Positions 47,360-57,190 of a stretch of DNA of 64,000 nucleotides are shown here, one piece after another. This stretch comes from an uncultured Verrucomicrobiae bacterium (lineage in GTDB: Bacteria; Verrucomicrobiota; Verrucomicrobiia; Limisphaerales; Palsa-1400). The stretch is from assembly GCA_963702845.1 (NCBI GenBank), contig OY969763.1, forward strand, positions 4,352,001-4,416,000, given 5' to 3'. The notes below the pieces were generated by a model. That model had not been told where the DNA came from, made no database searches, and saw nothing but the letters and a program-made list of their open reading frames with translations. Position numbers and translations under genes: made by a program. Numbering within the stretch: the stretch's first letter is position 1; every line of letters begins with the position of its first letter.

Positions 47360-48175
47360 TTAGACCGTGGTCAGCGCGATACGATGCTTCTTGCAGAGGG
47401 CTTCGACTTCTTCGCGGTCAAGCAAGAGAGTCATCCCGGGCTCGAAGGCCAGAACAGCAATGCCAGCTTCGGCGCAGACTTGAATCGTGCGCGCGCCAAG
47501 GCACGGGACGTCGAAACGAGTGTCGTGTCGGTCGCGAGCGACTTTGACAGCGACGGCACAGCGATCGTTACCGGAAAGTTCGCCGCCACGACGAAGGCAG
47601 TTGTCGGTTCCTTCAAAACCTTCGACGGCCAGGACTGCGCCGTCTTTGACAACGACGCTTTGGCCAATTTCCAGACGGCAGATTTCTTTGGCCATTTTGA
47701 GACCGAACGCCACGTCGGCGCGCTGTTCGTCGGAAAGTTTTGGACCGAAATGAAAGCCTTTGCCGGGCATGATCGGCCTGAGCCATGGAAGAGCTTCAAC
47801 GACTTCGATGCCGTCTTTGCGCAATTCGTCGATAAGCGCGCCGAAAACGGTGTGCGCGTTTTTTTCTTTGATCTTCAGCAGCGCGGCCAAGGCGCGGAGG
47901 TCCGGACGGATGTCGAACAAGTTGCGCGGCGCGATCTGACCCAGCATAACGCAGCGGTTGATCTCTCGATCTTTAAAGGCGTCGATCATTTTCGAGAGTT
48001 GGCCGACTTTGAGCCAAACGATGTCGTCGACGAGTTTGGCGAGTTGGGGGTCGGTTTCGTTTTCGAAAGCAAGCGCGACAATGCGTTTGGCGCCCATCGC
48101 ACGCGCCTGGCGCGCAAAGAGAAGAGGCAAACTGCGGTTCCCTGCAATAATCCCAATACTGTCTACAGCGGTCAC
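47360..48175 (-). CDS. lpxI: UDP-2,3-diacylglucosamine diphosphatase LpxI family
   Basis: IGIIAG..SLP, EIGQSVVV, AVEGFEGTD, RFDVP..G..T; GTG start at 48175 inferred. Confidence 0.85.
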   Translation of the reverse strand: MTAVDSIGIIAGNRSLPLLFARQARAMGAKRIVALAFENETDPQLAKLVDDIVWLKVGQLSKMIDAFKDREINRCVMLGQIAPRNLFDIRPDLRALAALLKIKEKNAHTVFGALIDELRKDGIEVVEALPWLRPIMPGKGFHFGPKLSDEQRADVAFGLKMAKEICRLEIGQSVVVKDGAVLAVEGFEGTDNCLRRGGELSGNDRCAVAVKVARDRHDTRFDVPCLGARTIQVCAEAGIAVLAFEPGMTLLLDREEVEALCKKHRIALTTV

Positions 48176-48343
48176 TGTATAATACGCTATCGCGCAAAAC
48201 GGTGTCCGGCAACGGGAAACAATCGGTTTAGTGGCGCGGGCCAGGCGCGGCGCGACACGCCCTACCCAGTGGTCGTCCGTTTGCATATTGACGGCGGGCG
48301 CGTTGAACTTAGTATTTCGCCAGTCAATTACAGTCGAGTCCAC

Positions 48344-49822
48344 GTGTTCAAAATCTCAACAGCTCTGCTTTTCGCCAGCGTTGTCGTCGCCAGTGCCGCT
48401 GCGGGCGAGCGCGAAGTCATCAACGGTCCGGCGTATTCGCATTTTCACCTGACGCTGGAGGATGGCTGGCGCACGGAAGTGGTCGCCCCGTTTTTTTATA
48501 CGCAGAAGGTTGAAACTGAGCACTTGTGGGGCATTCCGCCGTTGTTTGCCCAGTGGAGGGATGATGCGGTAGAGGCTTCGGAAACGGATTATTTGTATCC
48601 GATGCTGACGATTCGTTGGTTTGGGAAGAATTATCGTTGGCAGTTTTTCCAATTATTCAGCTTTGCGGGCGGGCCGACCCAGGAAGATGTGCCGAAGAGA
48701 CGGTTCACGTTGTTCCCGATTTATTTCCAGCAACGGTCGCCGGATACGAACCTGAATTATACCGCCTTCGTGCCTTTTTATGGGCATTTGGTGAACCGGT
48801 TGTTTCGCGATGACATTCGGTTTGTCATGTTCCCATTCTATTCCAAAACGCGGAAGAGGGACATCGTGGTGGAAAATTATCTCTATCCATTCGGTGATGT
48901 GCGCCACGGCAATAACATGCACGGATGGCAGGTCTGGCCGTTCTATGGACACGATGTTAAAGGGCTAACTTATCAAACGAATGCACTTGATGAAGTGGAG
49001 AAAATCGGCGGCTACGATCACAAAGTTATTATGTGGCCGTTTTATTTTCGGGATGAGATGGGAATTGGGACAGATGATCCTGAGCATCGGGTCACGTTTT
49101 TTCCGTTTTACAGTAAGCTGCGCTCGCCGAAGCGCGATTCGACGTCGTGGGGTTGGCCGTTTGGTCACACGCTGACCGATGACCGGGCGGCAGGTTTTCA
49201 GGAAAGTGATTGGTTTTGGCCGCTCTATGTTCGCGCCGATGGCAGCAAAAGAATTCGTCGCGTTTGGCCCATTTACAGTCATGCCTCGAACACGAATGGG
49301 GTGGAAAGCCATTGGTATGGCTTCATCGTTTGGAAAAAAACCCGTATAAAATCTGAACCGCTCGATCGTCAGCGCATGCGTGTGCTCTATTTCCTCTATT
49401 CCGATATCACCGAGAAAAACACAAAAACGGCAGAGGAATATCATCGCGTCGATTTCTGGCCGTTCTACACCTATCGCAGAGACATGGAGGGACGCAGCTA
49501 TTTGCAAGTACTATCGATCATTGAACCGCTGTTGCCGAATAACACGAGCGTGGTGCGCGAGTATTCCCCTGTATACTCGTTGTGGCGCGCGGAGGAAAAT
49601 CCGAAGACGGGCATGAAGACGAAGTCGCTGCTGTGGAACCTATATCGGCGTGAAGTTCAGACAAAGCCGAGTTTGGAAAGTGATTCGAAGCAATTGGTTG
49701 TTTCGAGCAAGGTCTCGTTCTTTTTTGGACTGTTTCAATATCGATCGAACCTGGAGGGCCATAGCACGCGGCTGTTTTACATTCCTATGAGCAAAGAACA
49801 CAAAAACGAAGGTCGAAGATGA
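48344..49822 (+). CDS. Secreted aromatic-rich repeat protein of unknown function
   Basis: GTG start with signal peptide FKISTALLFASVVVASAAA; more than 10 copies of a [WF]P[FLI][YF] motif; the ORF-track extension to 47384 is the antisense shadow of lpxI. Confidence 0.75.
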   Translation: MFKISTALLFASVVVASAAAGEREVINGPAYSHFHLTLEDGWRTEVVAPFFYTQKVETEHLWGIPPLFAQWRDDAVEASETDYLYPMLTIRWFGKNYRWQFFQLFSFAGGPTQEDVPKRRFTLFPIYFQQRSPDTNLNYTAFVPFYGHLVNRLFRDDIRFVMFPFYSKTRKRDIVVENYLYPFGDVRHGNNMHGWQVWPFYGHDVKGLTYQTNALDEVEKIGGYDHKVIMWPFYFRDEMGIGTDDPEHRVTFFPFYSKLRSPKRDSTSWGWPFGHTLTDDRAAGFQESDWFWPLYVRADGSKRIRRVWPIYSHASNTNGVESHWYGFIVWKKTRIKSEPLDRQRMRVLYFLYSDITEKNTKTAEEYHRVDFWPFYTYRRDMEGRSYLQVLSIIEPLLPNNTSVVREYSPVYSLWRAEENPKTGMKTKSLLWNLYRREVQTKPSLESDSKQLVVSSKVSFFFGLFQYRSNLEGHSTRLFYIPMSKEHKNEGRR

Positions 49823-49863
49823 CATTCGAGCTGGTATCTCCTAAGTTTTAGCTTCGAGATTGT

Positions 49864-50607
49864 ATGTTTTACAACATCGGACAAATCATATTGCTTTTCT
49901 GGCGCACGATCCAGGCGCTCCCCAACGCCTGGCTTGAGCGTAAGAAGGTGTATGACCAGCTTTTCGAAATCGGCAATGCGAGCTTGCTGATGGTTTGCAT
50001 TTTGTCCTTGTTCATCGGCGGCGAACTGGCGTTGGAAACCGGGCCTACGTTGGTCGAGCGCGGATTGTCCGGGGTGCTTGGGCGCATGGTCGGTTTGTCC
50101 ATGTGTAAAGAGTTTGGACCGGTGATGATGGCGATTTTGATCGCCGGCCGAATTGGGTCGGCCATGGCGGCGGAAATCGGGTCGATGCGCGTCTACCAGG
50201 AAATCGACGCGTTGCGCACTATGAATATCAGTCCGGTTAACTATCTGGTGATGCCGCGTTTGATTGCGATGGTGATCGCGTTACCGGCACTGGTGATTTT
50301 TTCAATCCCGGTCGGCTGGCTTGGTGGCGCGTTGGTCTCGACGTTCAACTCCAGCATCTCCGTTCCTGTGGAATCGTTCTTCCACGATTTGCGCGAAGGC
50401 ATCGGAGTGTCGGATGTCGTGCACGGATTGGTGAAAGCATTCGTGTTCGCGATTGCGATTGGTCTGATTTCCTGCCATCAGGGATTGGTGACTATCGGCG
50501 GACCGCGAGGGATTGGACGTAGCGTGACCAAAGCGGTCGTAAACTCGATTGTCGTGATACTTATTCTCGACTATTTCGTGACACGATTCCTGATTTATTT
50601 TCAATAG
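49864..50607 (+). CDS. mlaE: MlaE-family lipid ABC permease
   Basis: EFGPVMMAILIAGRIGSAMAAEIGSM...EIDAL, SVTKAVV. Confidence 0.92.
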   Translation: MFYNIGQIILLFWRTIQALPNAWLERKKVYDQLFEIGNASLLMVCILSLFIGGELALETGPTLVERGLSGVLGRMVGLSMCKEFGPVMMAILIAGRIGSAMAAEIGSMRVYQEIDALRTMNISPVNYLVMPRLIAMVIALPALVIFSIPVGWLGGALVSTFNSSISVPVESFFHDLREGIGVSDVVHGLVKAFVFAIAIGLISCHQGLVTIGGPRGIGRSVTKAVVNSIVVILILDYFVTRFLIYFQ

Positions 50608-51362
50608 ATGAGCGTGCTTCAACAGAGCGAAGGAAATGTGAGCGTGGCCGTGCGCGATTTGCGCAAGAGCTTCAATGGGCAGGAAGTGCTCAAAGGGATT
50701 TCGTTCGAAGTGAAGCCCGGTGAAACATTCGTCATCATGGGCCCGAGCGGTAGTGGAAAGAGCGTGCTGCTCAAACATATTATCGGCCTGGAAGACCCAA
50801 ATTCGGGCGAGATTTTGATTGCGGGCCAGTCGGTGCATGGGTCCGAGGTTTTGAACCATTACCGGGTCGCGATGGTTTTCCAATCGGGCGCTTTGCTCAA
50901 ATCATTGACTGTCGGCGAAAACGTCGGCCTTTATCTGGCGGAACATCGGCTGAAGGAACCAGATGAAATTGCGCGGATTGTCGCGGAGAAACTCGAGGCC
51001 GTTGGATTGAAAGGGCTGGAAGATCGTTCGCCGAGTGAGCTCTCTGGCGGCATGCAAAAGCGCGTCGCAATTGCGCGCGCCTTGGTCGTCGATCCGCAAC
51101 TGGTGCTCTTTGACGAACCGACTTCTGAACTGGATCCCTTAATGTCCGTGAACGTTGGCGAACAAATCATGTTGATGCGTGAGCGTTTGCATCCGACGAT
51201 TCTGGTCGTGACGCACGACCGTGATTCGCCTTTGGCGTCGCCGACCGAATTGCGATGATTGACGAAGGGAAGATCCGATTTATCGGCACGCCAGACGAGG
51301 TGAAACACTCGCGCGATCCGATGTTGCAAAAATTTATTCACGCTGAATTGACCAATACTTAA
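50608..51362 (+). CDS. mlaF: MlaF-family ABC ATP-binding protein, -1 frameshift near 51226
   Basis: GPSGSGKS, LSGGMQKRVAIARAL, DEPT, VTHD; adding one base after GAT (51225) gives AFGVADRIAMIDEGKIRFIGTPDEVKHSRDPMLQKFI...stop at 51362. Confidence 0.88.
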
Positions 51363-51375
51363 CCAAAGCAGAACC

Positions 51376-52380
51376 ATGAAAGAATCACTCGAAACACGGA
51401 TAGGCGTATTTGTCGCCTTCGCGTTGGTCGTCATTCTGATTATCCTCGAGTCCGTCGGCGGATTCGCGTTTTTCAAGCAAGGCTACAAGCTGCACGCCCT
51501 CTTCAAAAACGTGCAGGAACTCAAGCCCGGCGCCGAAGTGCGCATGGCCGGCGTGCGCGTCGGCAATGTGCAAAGCATATTGCTTACGAACTCTGAAGTG
51601 CTCGTGACCATGAACCTGAACAAGGAATTGGAAAAGAATGGGCAGGTTAAGACAGACAGCAAAGCGGCGGTGAAATTCGCCGGCTTGCTCGGTCAAAATT
51701 TTGTATCGATCGATTTCGGAACTCCTGGCGGTGTGCCTGCGGCGAACAACGCCTATTTACAGGTGCAGGAACAAGCCGACTTGAGCCAGTTGATGAACAA
51801 GTTGGATGACGTGGCCACCGGCGTGCAGAACCTGACAAAGAGTTTCAGTGGTGAAAGTATTGAGAAACTCATTGGACCGCTAACCGATTTCGTCAAACAC
51901 AACGACGCCACGCTGACCGCGACCATCGGCAACATGAAAACTGTTTCCGATCGTATCGCGCGGGGCGAAGGCACTATCGGCAAATTGATTAATGAAGACG
52001 CGCTCTACAACACATCGTTGAACACCATCAGCAACTTCCAAAACACCGCCACCGATGTTCGCGACGGCGTTCAACAAGCGCGCTTGTTATTAACCAACGC
52101 GAACGAAGTCGTCGCCACCGTCAATAGTGGCCAGGGCACGGTCGGCAAGTTCATCAAGGACGACAAAGTTTATCGGGAAGCGGAAGGTTCACTGACGAAC
52201 CTGCACCAGATTCTTCTCAAGATTAACCATGGCCAAGGCTCGGTCGGAAAATTATTGAACGACGAAAGTTTGCTGAAGAACGTGAAGCTGTCGTTGCAGA
52301 AGCTCGACAAAGCGACCGAGTCTCTCGAAGACACTGGTCCGCTCAGCGTGATCGGGACGATGGTTAACAGCCTGTTCTAA
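51376..52380 (+). CDS. mlaD: MlaD/MCE-domain protein with long helical extension
   Basis: ETRIGVFV TM anchor, V.MAGVRVG.V, GLLGQNFVSI, three G.G[TS][IV]GK repeats. Confidence 0.88.
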   Translation: MKESLETRIGVFVAFALVVILIILESVGGFAFFKQGYKLHALFKNVQELKPGAEVRMAGVRVGNVQSILLTNSEVLVTMNLNKELEKNGQVKTDSKAAVKFAGLLGQNFVSIDFGTPGGVPAANNAYLQVQEQADLSQLMNKLDDVATGVQNLTKSFSGESIEKLIGPLTDFVKHNDATLTATIGNMKTVSDRIARGEGTIGKLINEDALYNTSLNTISNFQNTATDVRDGVQQARLLLTNANEVVATVNSGQGTVGKFIKDDKVYREAEGSLTNLHQILLKINHGQGSVGKLLNDESLLKNVKLSLQKLDKATESLEDTGPLSVIGTMVNSLF

Positions 52381-52474
52381 GAATTTGTTTAGCCGAAGAT
52401 CGAACGCTGAGGAAACACAGACTCGTTTTTTATATCCGTGTTTGATCCGTGCAATCGATGACCCTAAAGCGGCG

Positions 52475-55297
52475 CTATACTCGTTCTGCTTTAGATTTCT
52501 CTGCCGCCATCCCCGCAGCATTCGGAGACTGATCGTTCTGGCGATTCGTTGCAATAACAAATCCGGCGATCAGAATCAAAGCCCCCCACCCTGCTAAGGT
52601 CACATATAAGCTGCCTTCCGGCGGACGGAACTTCCATTCCACGGTGTGTTGGCCTTTCTCGAGGTAAACGCCCTTCATCAGATAATTGCATTGCAGGAGT
52701 GGCATTTGTTTATTGTCGACCCATACCTGCCAATGCGGGCTCCAACGTTCGTTAAGCAGCAGGACTGACCCCACATTGGCGTTCGCCTGCATTTTGATGT
52801 ACTTGGGGTGATAATCCTCGATCTTGACCGTGCCAGCATCGATCTGAGCGGATGGCTTGGCCGCAACAGGCGTTTCTTTTGCAACGATTACCGTCTTTTG
52901 CGGGTCGAAACCTGGCGACTTCAGGGTTGCCAAAGTTGACTCAGTCGTATCGCCGCTTTGCCAATTGGAAAAGAGCTTCACGCGCGGCAAGGTGTTGGTG
53001 TATTCAACGAGCGCGAATTCACCGTCATCGGCGATTTCCATGCTCAAATCGGCTGAAGTCGTCGGAAAAGTAACACCCGGCCCCGGCACAACATTCAAGC
53101 GCGCGCGCACCTGGAATGCATTTCCTGACGGATCAAGGCCTTGAAGAGATGGGCCGCCTTGATAAAGCGATTGCTTCAAAAAACCACCCCAGCAAAAGAT
53201 GTAGCGAGTATTCGTGAGCTGCCATAAACGCGCGCAGACTTGCAACTCAGCGGACGTCCTGGGCATGAACGCCTGCGCCATGTTGTTGTCCATTTCCGCC
53301 GTGCGCGGGGCCTGGATGATATCTATCGCCTGGATGTTGTAATAAGGGAATTGGTTCTGCAGCCATTCATTGCAAACCGCGTAAAAATTGTTGTCATACG
53401 GTTTGCGCGGAGCCGGACATGACGTGATGTCGTAATGCCCAAACGGCATCAATTTCGCCGTCGATTTCTTTTCGTATGCGTCTTTGCGCAAGAAATCCAG
53501 CACCGGATTCAACGCGTATTTCTCTTTGTAATTGTAATACTTTAACCAGTAGCGGTCGGCGCGACCGACGTCACAGAGAAGTAAAACGCCCATTGCAATC
53601 CACGCCCATTTCGCCTGTTTGCCCGTCCAAATGCCCCGAATGATGAGCGCCAGGATACCGACCGACGCGCTTAGGAAGAACACAAACCAAATCACTTCGC
53701 CAACACAGAAGGACGCCAACTGCGACTCCGATCCGGAAACAACGCCACTCAACGTGAGATAATGCACCAAGTCGTCCTTTTTCGACACAAGGACGAACAA
53801 ACCGAAGATCGAAATGATCACCGTACCAACCCAGAAATAGAGCCAGCGCTTTTCAAATTGACCAAATGCACGCACCGGTCCGCGCAAATAATTGCGCCAA
53901 ATCGCTTCTGCTCCGTAAGCATTAAGAATCAGCACACAGACGAAAAATGGATGCAGAAACTTGATCGGATTACGGGTGGTTGAGAAGTAGGGCAACTCGA
54001 ACACAAAACTGTAGAGAAAAGCGTGTCGTCCGAATGCCAAAATCAGCGATAGCAAAGCAGCCCCCGTCCAGAACCAAACAAGTCGTTTCTCCACCTGAGA
54101 GAATGGCCCGCCGGATCGACGGAACGAGTTTACCGCGGCGAAGCCAGCCAGCATCATGACCAGCAATCCCGCGTAATCTCCTGAGCCGATATGCCTGCGA
54201 TAACCGCCAAAACTGCGCATCTCCTCGTCTGCTTGCCGACGGAGCCCCGGGTCCGGACTGCCGCGCAATTCGCGAATTGCCGTTAAACCGAAATCCTCGC
54301 CAATTCGTCCCCAATAAGCGCTCGACTTGTCCGGTCCATCGACATTTTCATACATGTGATAGCCCATTAAACCAGGGATAAAGAGCCGGAGCGTTTCAAG
54401 TTTCGGAAAACTCCATTGGGTGCAAAATGACCAACGACGCGCTTTCTCTTGTTTGGCTTGTTCAACTTCCTCGGGCGTTTGTGCTTTCGAACTTTGTTGT
54501 TTGGCTCCAGTGACGCCTTGAATTTGCGTGCCAATTAGAGTGCTAATCGTAAAGAACGAAAGCAGCGCTGAAAAGCCAACCACGAGTGCGGCGGTAATTC
54601 CAATCTTAACAATCCGTCGCGGTGGTGCCTCATCGCTCGAAAACCAGCCCGAGAAAACAATAAATACCCCAATGTAAATACTTAGGATAGCACCGCTGTC
54701 GAACCCTTCCATGATAACAATGCCGACGGCCCCCCCCGCCAATAAAGCTCGAGCCCAAAACTGCCGTATAGCACCCGTTGTTAATGCAGCCAATGCCAGG
54801 AAAGCGCAGCCAGCAGCGATATTCCAGACATTCAACCCCCAGGCGGCCAGTGAGAAGAAGTGCATGTTCAGGCCAACCGCAAACGCGCCGAAAATGCAAA
54901 CTGCTGGATTGAATTTCAGCTGTCGAAAATAAACCCATGCGCAGAACCCCAGGAACAAGAGTGATAAGAATGGAACATACTTCACATATAATTCGGGCCC
55001 GAGAATCGCCAGGCTCAACGTGCTGATGCGGGGCGCTTCACCAACTCCTTCCGCCCCGACCCAGTTTAAATCACTCCACTGCCCCGCCATTGTGTCCGGA
55101 ACCCTGTTCTGATCGGCCTTGTAATACCCAAGCGGAGCGTCGTTATCAAAAATCATCTGCGACGGATTGAAAAACGGCAGCGCCGCGTGATTGCCCGCAG
55201 GCATAAACGCCGGCAAATTGAAAACAATCGCCAGAGCCGCACCTATAACGAGCAGGAGTAGCAACCATTGCTTCTTAAATCCATCAGGTAGATTCAT
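52475..55297 (-). CDS. YfhO-like multi-pass membrane protein (possible GT-C glycosyltransferase)
   Basis: More than 10 TM segments; C-terminal LLLNERWSPHWQVWVD...NYLMKGVYL..G.HTVEWKF pattern. Confidence 0.72.
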   Translation of the reverse strand: MNLPDGFKKQWLLLLLVIGAALAIVFNLPAFMPAGNHAALPFFNPSQMIFDNDAPLGYYKADQNRVPDTMAGQWSDLNWVGAEGVGEAPRISTLSLAILGPELYVKYVPFLSLLFLGFCAWVYFRQLKFNPAVCIFGAFAVGLNMHFFSLAAWGLNVWNIAAGCAFLALAALTTGAIRQFWARALLAGGAVGIVIMEGFDSGAILSIYIGVFIVFSGWFSSDEAPPRRIVKIGITAALVVGFSALLSFFTISTLIGTQIQGVTGAKQQSSKAQTPEEVEQAKQEKARRWSFCTQWSFPKLETLRLFIPGLMGYHMYENVDGPDKSSAYWGRIGEDFGLTAIRELRGSPDPGLRRQADEEMRSFGGYRRHIGSGDYAGLLVMMLAGFAAVNSFRRSGGPFSQVEKRLVWFWTGAALLSLILAFGRHAFLYSFVFELPYFSTTRNPIKFLHPFFVCVLILNAYGAEAIWRNYLRGPVRAFGQFEKRWLYFWVGTVIISIFGLFVLVSKKDDLVHYLTLSGVVSGSESQLASFCVGEVIWFVFFLSASVGILALIIRGIWTGKQAKWAWIAMGVLLLCDVGRADRYWLKYYNYKEKYALNPVLDFLRKDAYEKKSTAKLMPFGHYDITSCPAPRKPYDNNFYAVCNEWLQNQFPYYNIQAIDIIQAPRTAEMDNNMAQAFMPRTSAELQVCARLWQLTNTRYIFCWGGFLKQSLYQGGPSLQGLDPSGNAFQVRARLNVVPGPGVTFPTTSADLSMEIADDGEFALVEYTNTLPRVKLFSNWQSGDTTESTLATLKSPGFDPQKTVIVAKETPVAAKPSAQIDAGTVKIEDYHPKYIKMQANANVGSVLLLNERWSPHWQVWVDNKQMPLLQCNYLMKGVYLEKGQHTVEWKFRPPEGSLYVTLAGWGALILIAGFVIATNRQNDQSPNAAGMAAEKSKAERV

Positions 55298-55470
55298 GGG
55301 CTTTAAAGATAGGTAGGTAGACACAGAAACCAATAGAGAAGTTCAAACAAGCCGCAACTTTGGGATCGCCTGCGTAGACGACTTCGGTAGCAGCCTCGCG
55401 TTAAGCGCGCTACAATGGTGCCCCAGTCCGCCTGCCCGGAAGCGTCGCCTTTGTCTCTGCTCGGGAGCGG

Positions 55471-56259
55471 CTATTTCGGCCCGGACGCCAATGGCTGAAA
55501 GCAAAACGTGTTAACTCCGATTGGCACAAGTTGATAACCCAACCCGGCAATCTTCTCGGTCACTTCCGATCGTTCCGGTTGCGTCATCAGGCTATGCTCG
55601 AACACGATGATCTTTGGCTTAACCTTTGCCAAAAATGGCATCGCATTCTTCAGCACTTCGTAATCCATCTTCTCCACGTCGATGACGAACACGTCGAACC
55701 GATCGCCCTCTTTGAACAAACTCCAAAGCGTGTCCAGAGTGTAGCAGGGCACATCAATCGTGTTGACCTTGCCTTTAAACCCAAACCCGCTTTGCGTGAG
55801 GTTGTCTTTGTATTTGGAAGAAATTAGAGACGCATGCTCCTCTTCGTCATTGTCGAAAACTGCCAATTTCAAAGTGCCATTTTCTGTCCCCACTGCACAA
55901 TTCATAGTCTTGAAACTTTTCACGCCGGCGTCGCGGTAATTTTTTTCGAGACTCGCCATGCATTGCGGCAACGGTTCGACCAAAAACATGCGGCAATTCG
56001 CCCGCCCCATCACTGACGGTCTGACAAAGTCGTGCAAAAGCCCGTCGTTTGCTCCCAGCTGCAGGAACTTGAACTCCTCGCCGGCCTTGAACTGTGCGTC
56101 CAGCAACAATCTCATGAGCGCGGTTTCAGATGGAGTATCCATCGTCAGCGCCTGCTCCAATCGAATAACCGCAAGCCCCATTTTTTTGAAGATTGGCGAG
56201 ACCATACGAGGTATTTGGAGCGTCCTCAAAACTTTAATGGCCAAATCCTGACTGTTCAT
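55471..56259 (-). CDS. FkbM family methyltransferase
   Basis: LQLGANDG, LVEP, NCAV, IDVE. Confidence 0.85.
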   Translation of the reverse strand: MNSQDLAIKVLRTLQIPRMVSPIFKKMGLAVIRLEQALTMDTPSETALMRLLLDAQFKAGEEFKFLQLGANDGLLHDFVRPSVMGRANCRMFLVEPLPQCMASLEKNYRDAGVKSFKTMNCAVGTENGTLKLAVFDNDEEEHASLISSKYKDNLTQSGFGFKGKVNTIDVPCYTLDTLWSLFKEGDRFDVFVIDVEKMDYEVLKNAMPFLAKVKPKIIVFEHSLMTQPERSEVTEKIAGLGYQLVPIGVNTFCFQPLASGPK

Positions 56260-56311
56260 TTTTTATTTTTTTGTGGGAAGCGTTTACGCCCGTTCTACTC
56301 GGTCACCATGC

Positions 56312-57031
56312 TCAGGCGGCTCGTTCAAAAAGGATATCGTAACAAGATCCAACCCCCGGTTTTGATGCAAAACAATCCTTCCGTCGGACCACAAAACCCC
56401 AATCGCGCATTGCCACCACAAGCGTTTCCGCAGTGCATGATCCCTTGTAAATTTCGAAGTCGGCAGCCTCGGTTTGAACGAACCGCATTCCCTTAAGCAC
56501 AGAGGCGGATCCTTTGAGAACAACCAGTTCGGCACCTTGGACATCCAAAATGAGAGCGTCAAATTCCGACGGCGAAAGCTTCAGTTCAGATAAAACCGAG
56601 ACAAGAGTCTTGCTTTTAAGCCGAATCGTTTCAGACATCTTCACTTCAGGCCAGAACTCTTTATGATCTTTGAAATCATAGATAGAACTGGAAGCACCGT
56701 TGTTTGAAACTTTGAAATCGTAAAATTCCCCATCTTTGTCGGTCAACAGGGCATTGGTCGCGATTTGATTTTTATAACCGCGGATATTTTGCTGCAACGT
56801 TTCAAAAACTCGAGGCATCGCCTCAATCCATAACACCCGGAGACCTCGTCGCGAATAGAGCATTCGCTCCTCACCAGTGTGCCCTCCAATATGAATCACC
56901 CCTTTGCAACTCTTAAGGAAATCATCGGCGGCTCCCCCAAAATACGCCTTTTTCAAGGGGAGAGCGGACTGGAGCAGCCCCAATTTTCCCAAAGTAGTTT
57001 CCCCCATTCTCCTTATTGTATTAACAATCAT
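56312..57031 (-). CDS. FkbM family methyltransferase
   Basis: IHIGGHTGEE, WIEA, SSS, LDVQGAELVVLKG. Confidence 0.88.
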   Translation of the reverse strand: MIVNTIRRMGETTLGKLGLLQSALPLKKAYFGGAADDFLKSCKGVIHIGGHTGEERMLYSRRGLRVLWIEAMPRVFETLQQNIRGYKNQIATNALLTDKDGEFYDFKVSNNGASSSIYDFKDHKEFWPEVKMSETIRLKSKTLVSVLSELKLSPSEFDALILDVQGAELVVLKGSASVLKGMRFVQTEAADFEIYKGSCTAETLVVAMRDWGFVVRRKDCFASKPGVGSCYDILFERAA

Positions 57032-57190
57032 ATCGGTTATTTCGACCGGCCGTAAGGGGAAATCTTATACTCGGAAGAGGGTTCTTTCCAGTTTTTTGTT
57101 CGACGCTCCACCTCCTGCCACGAGTGTATGGGTGTCTCCAGCAAACTGTCTTGCCGAACAAACGAAACAAAGCCATTCTTGCCGCTCTTT

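Noticed and set aside
47384..48343. N-terminal 320 aa of the 812-aa ORF
   Set aside because: Antisense shadow of lpxI; a signal peptide starts at GTG 48344
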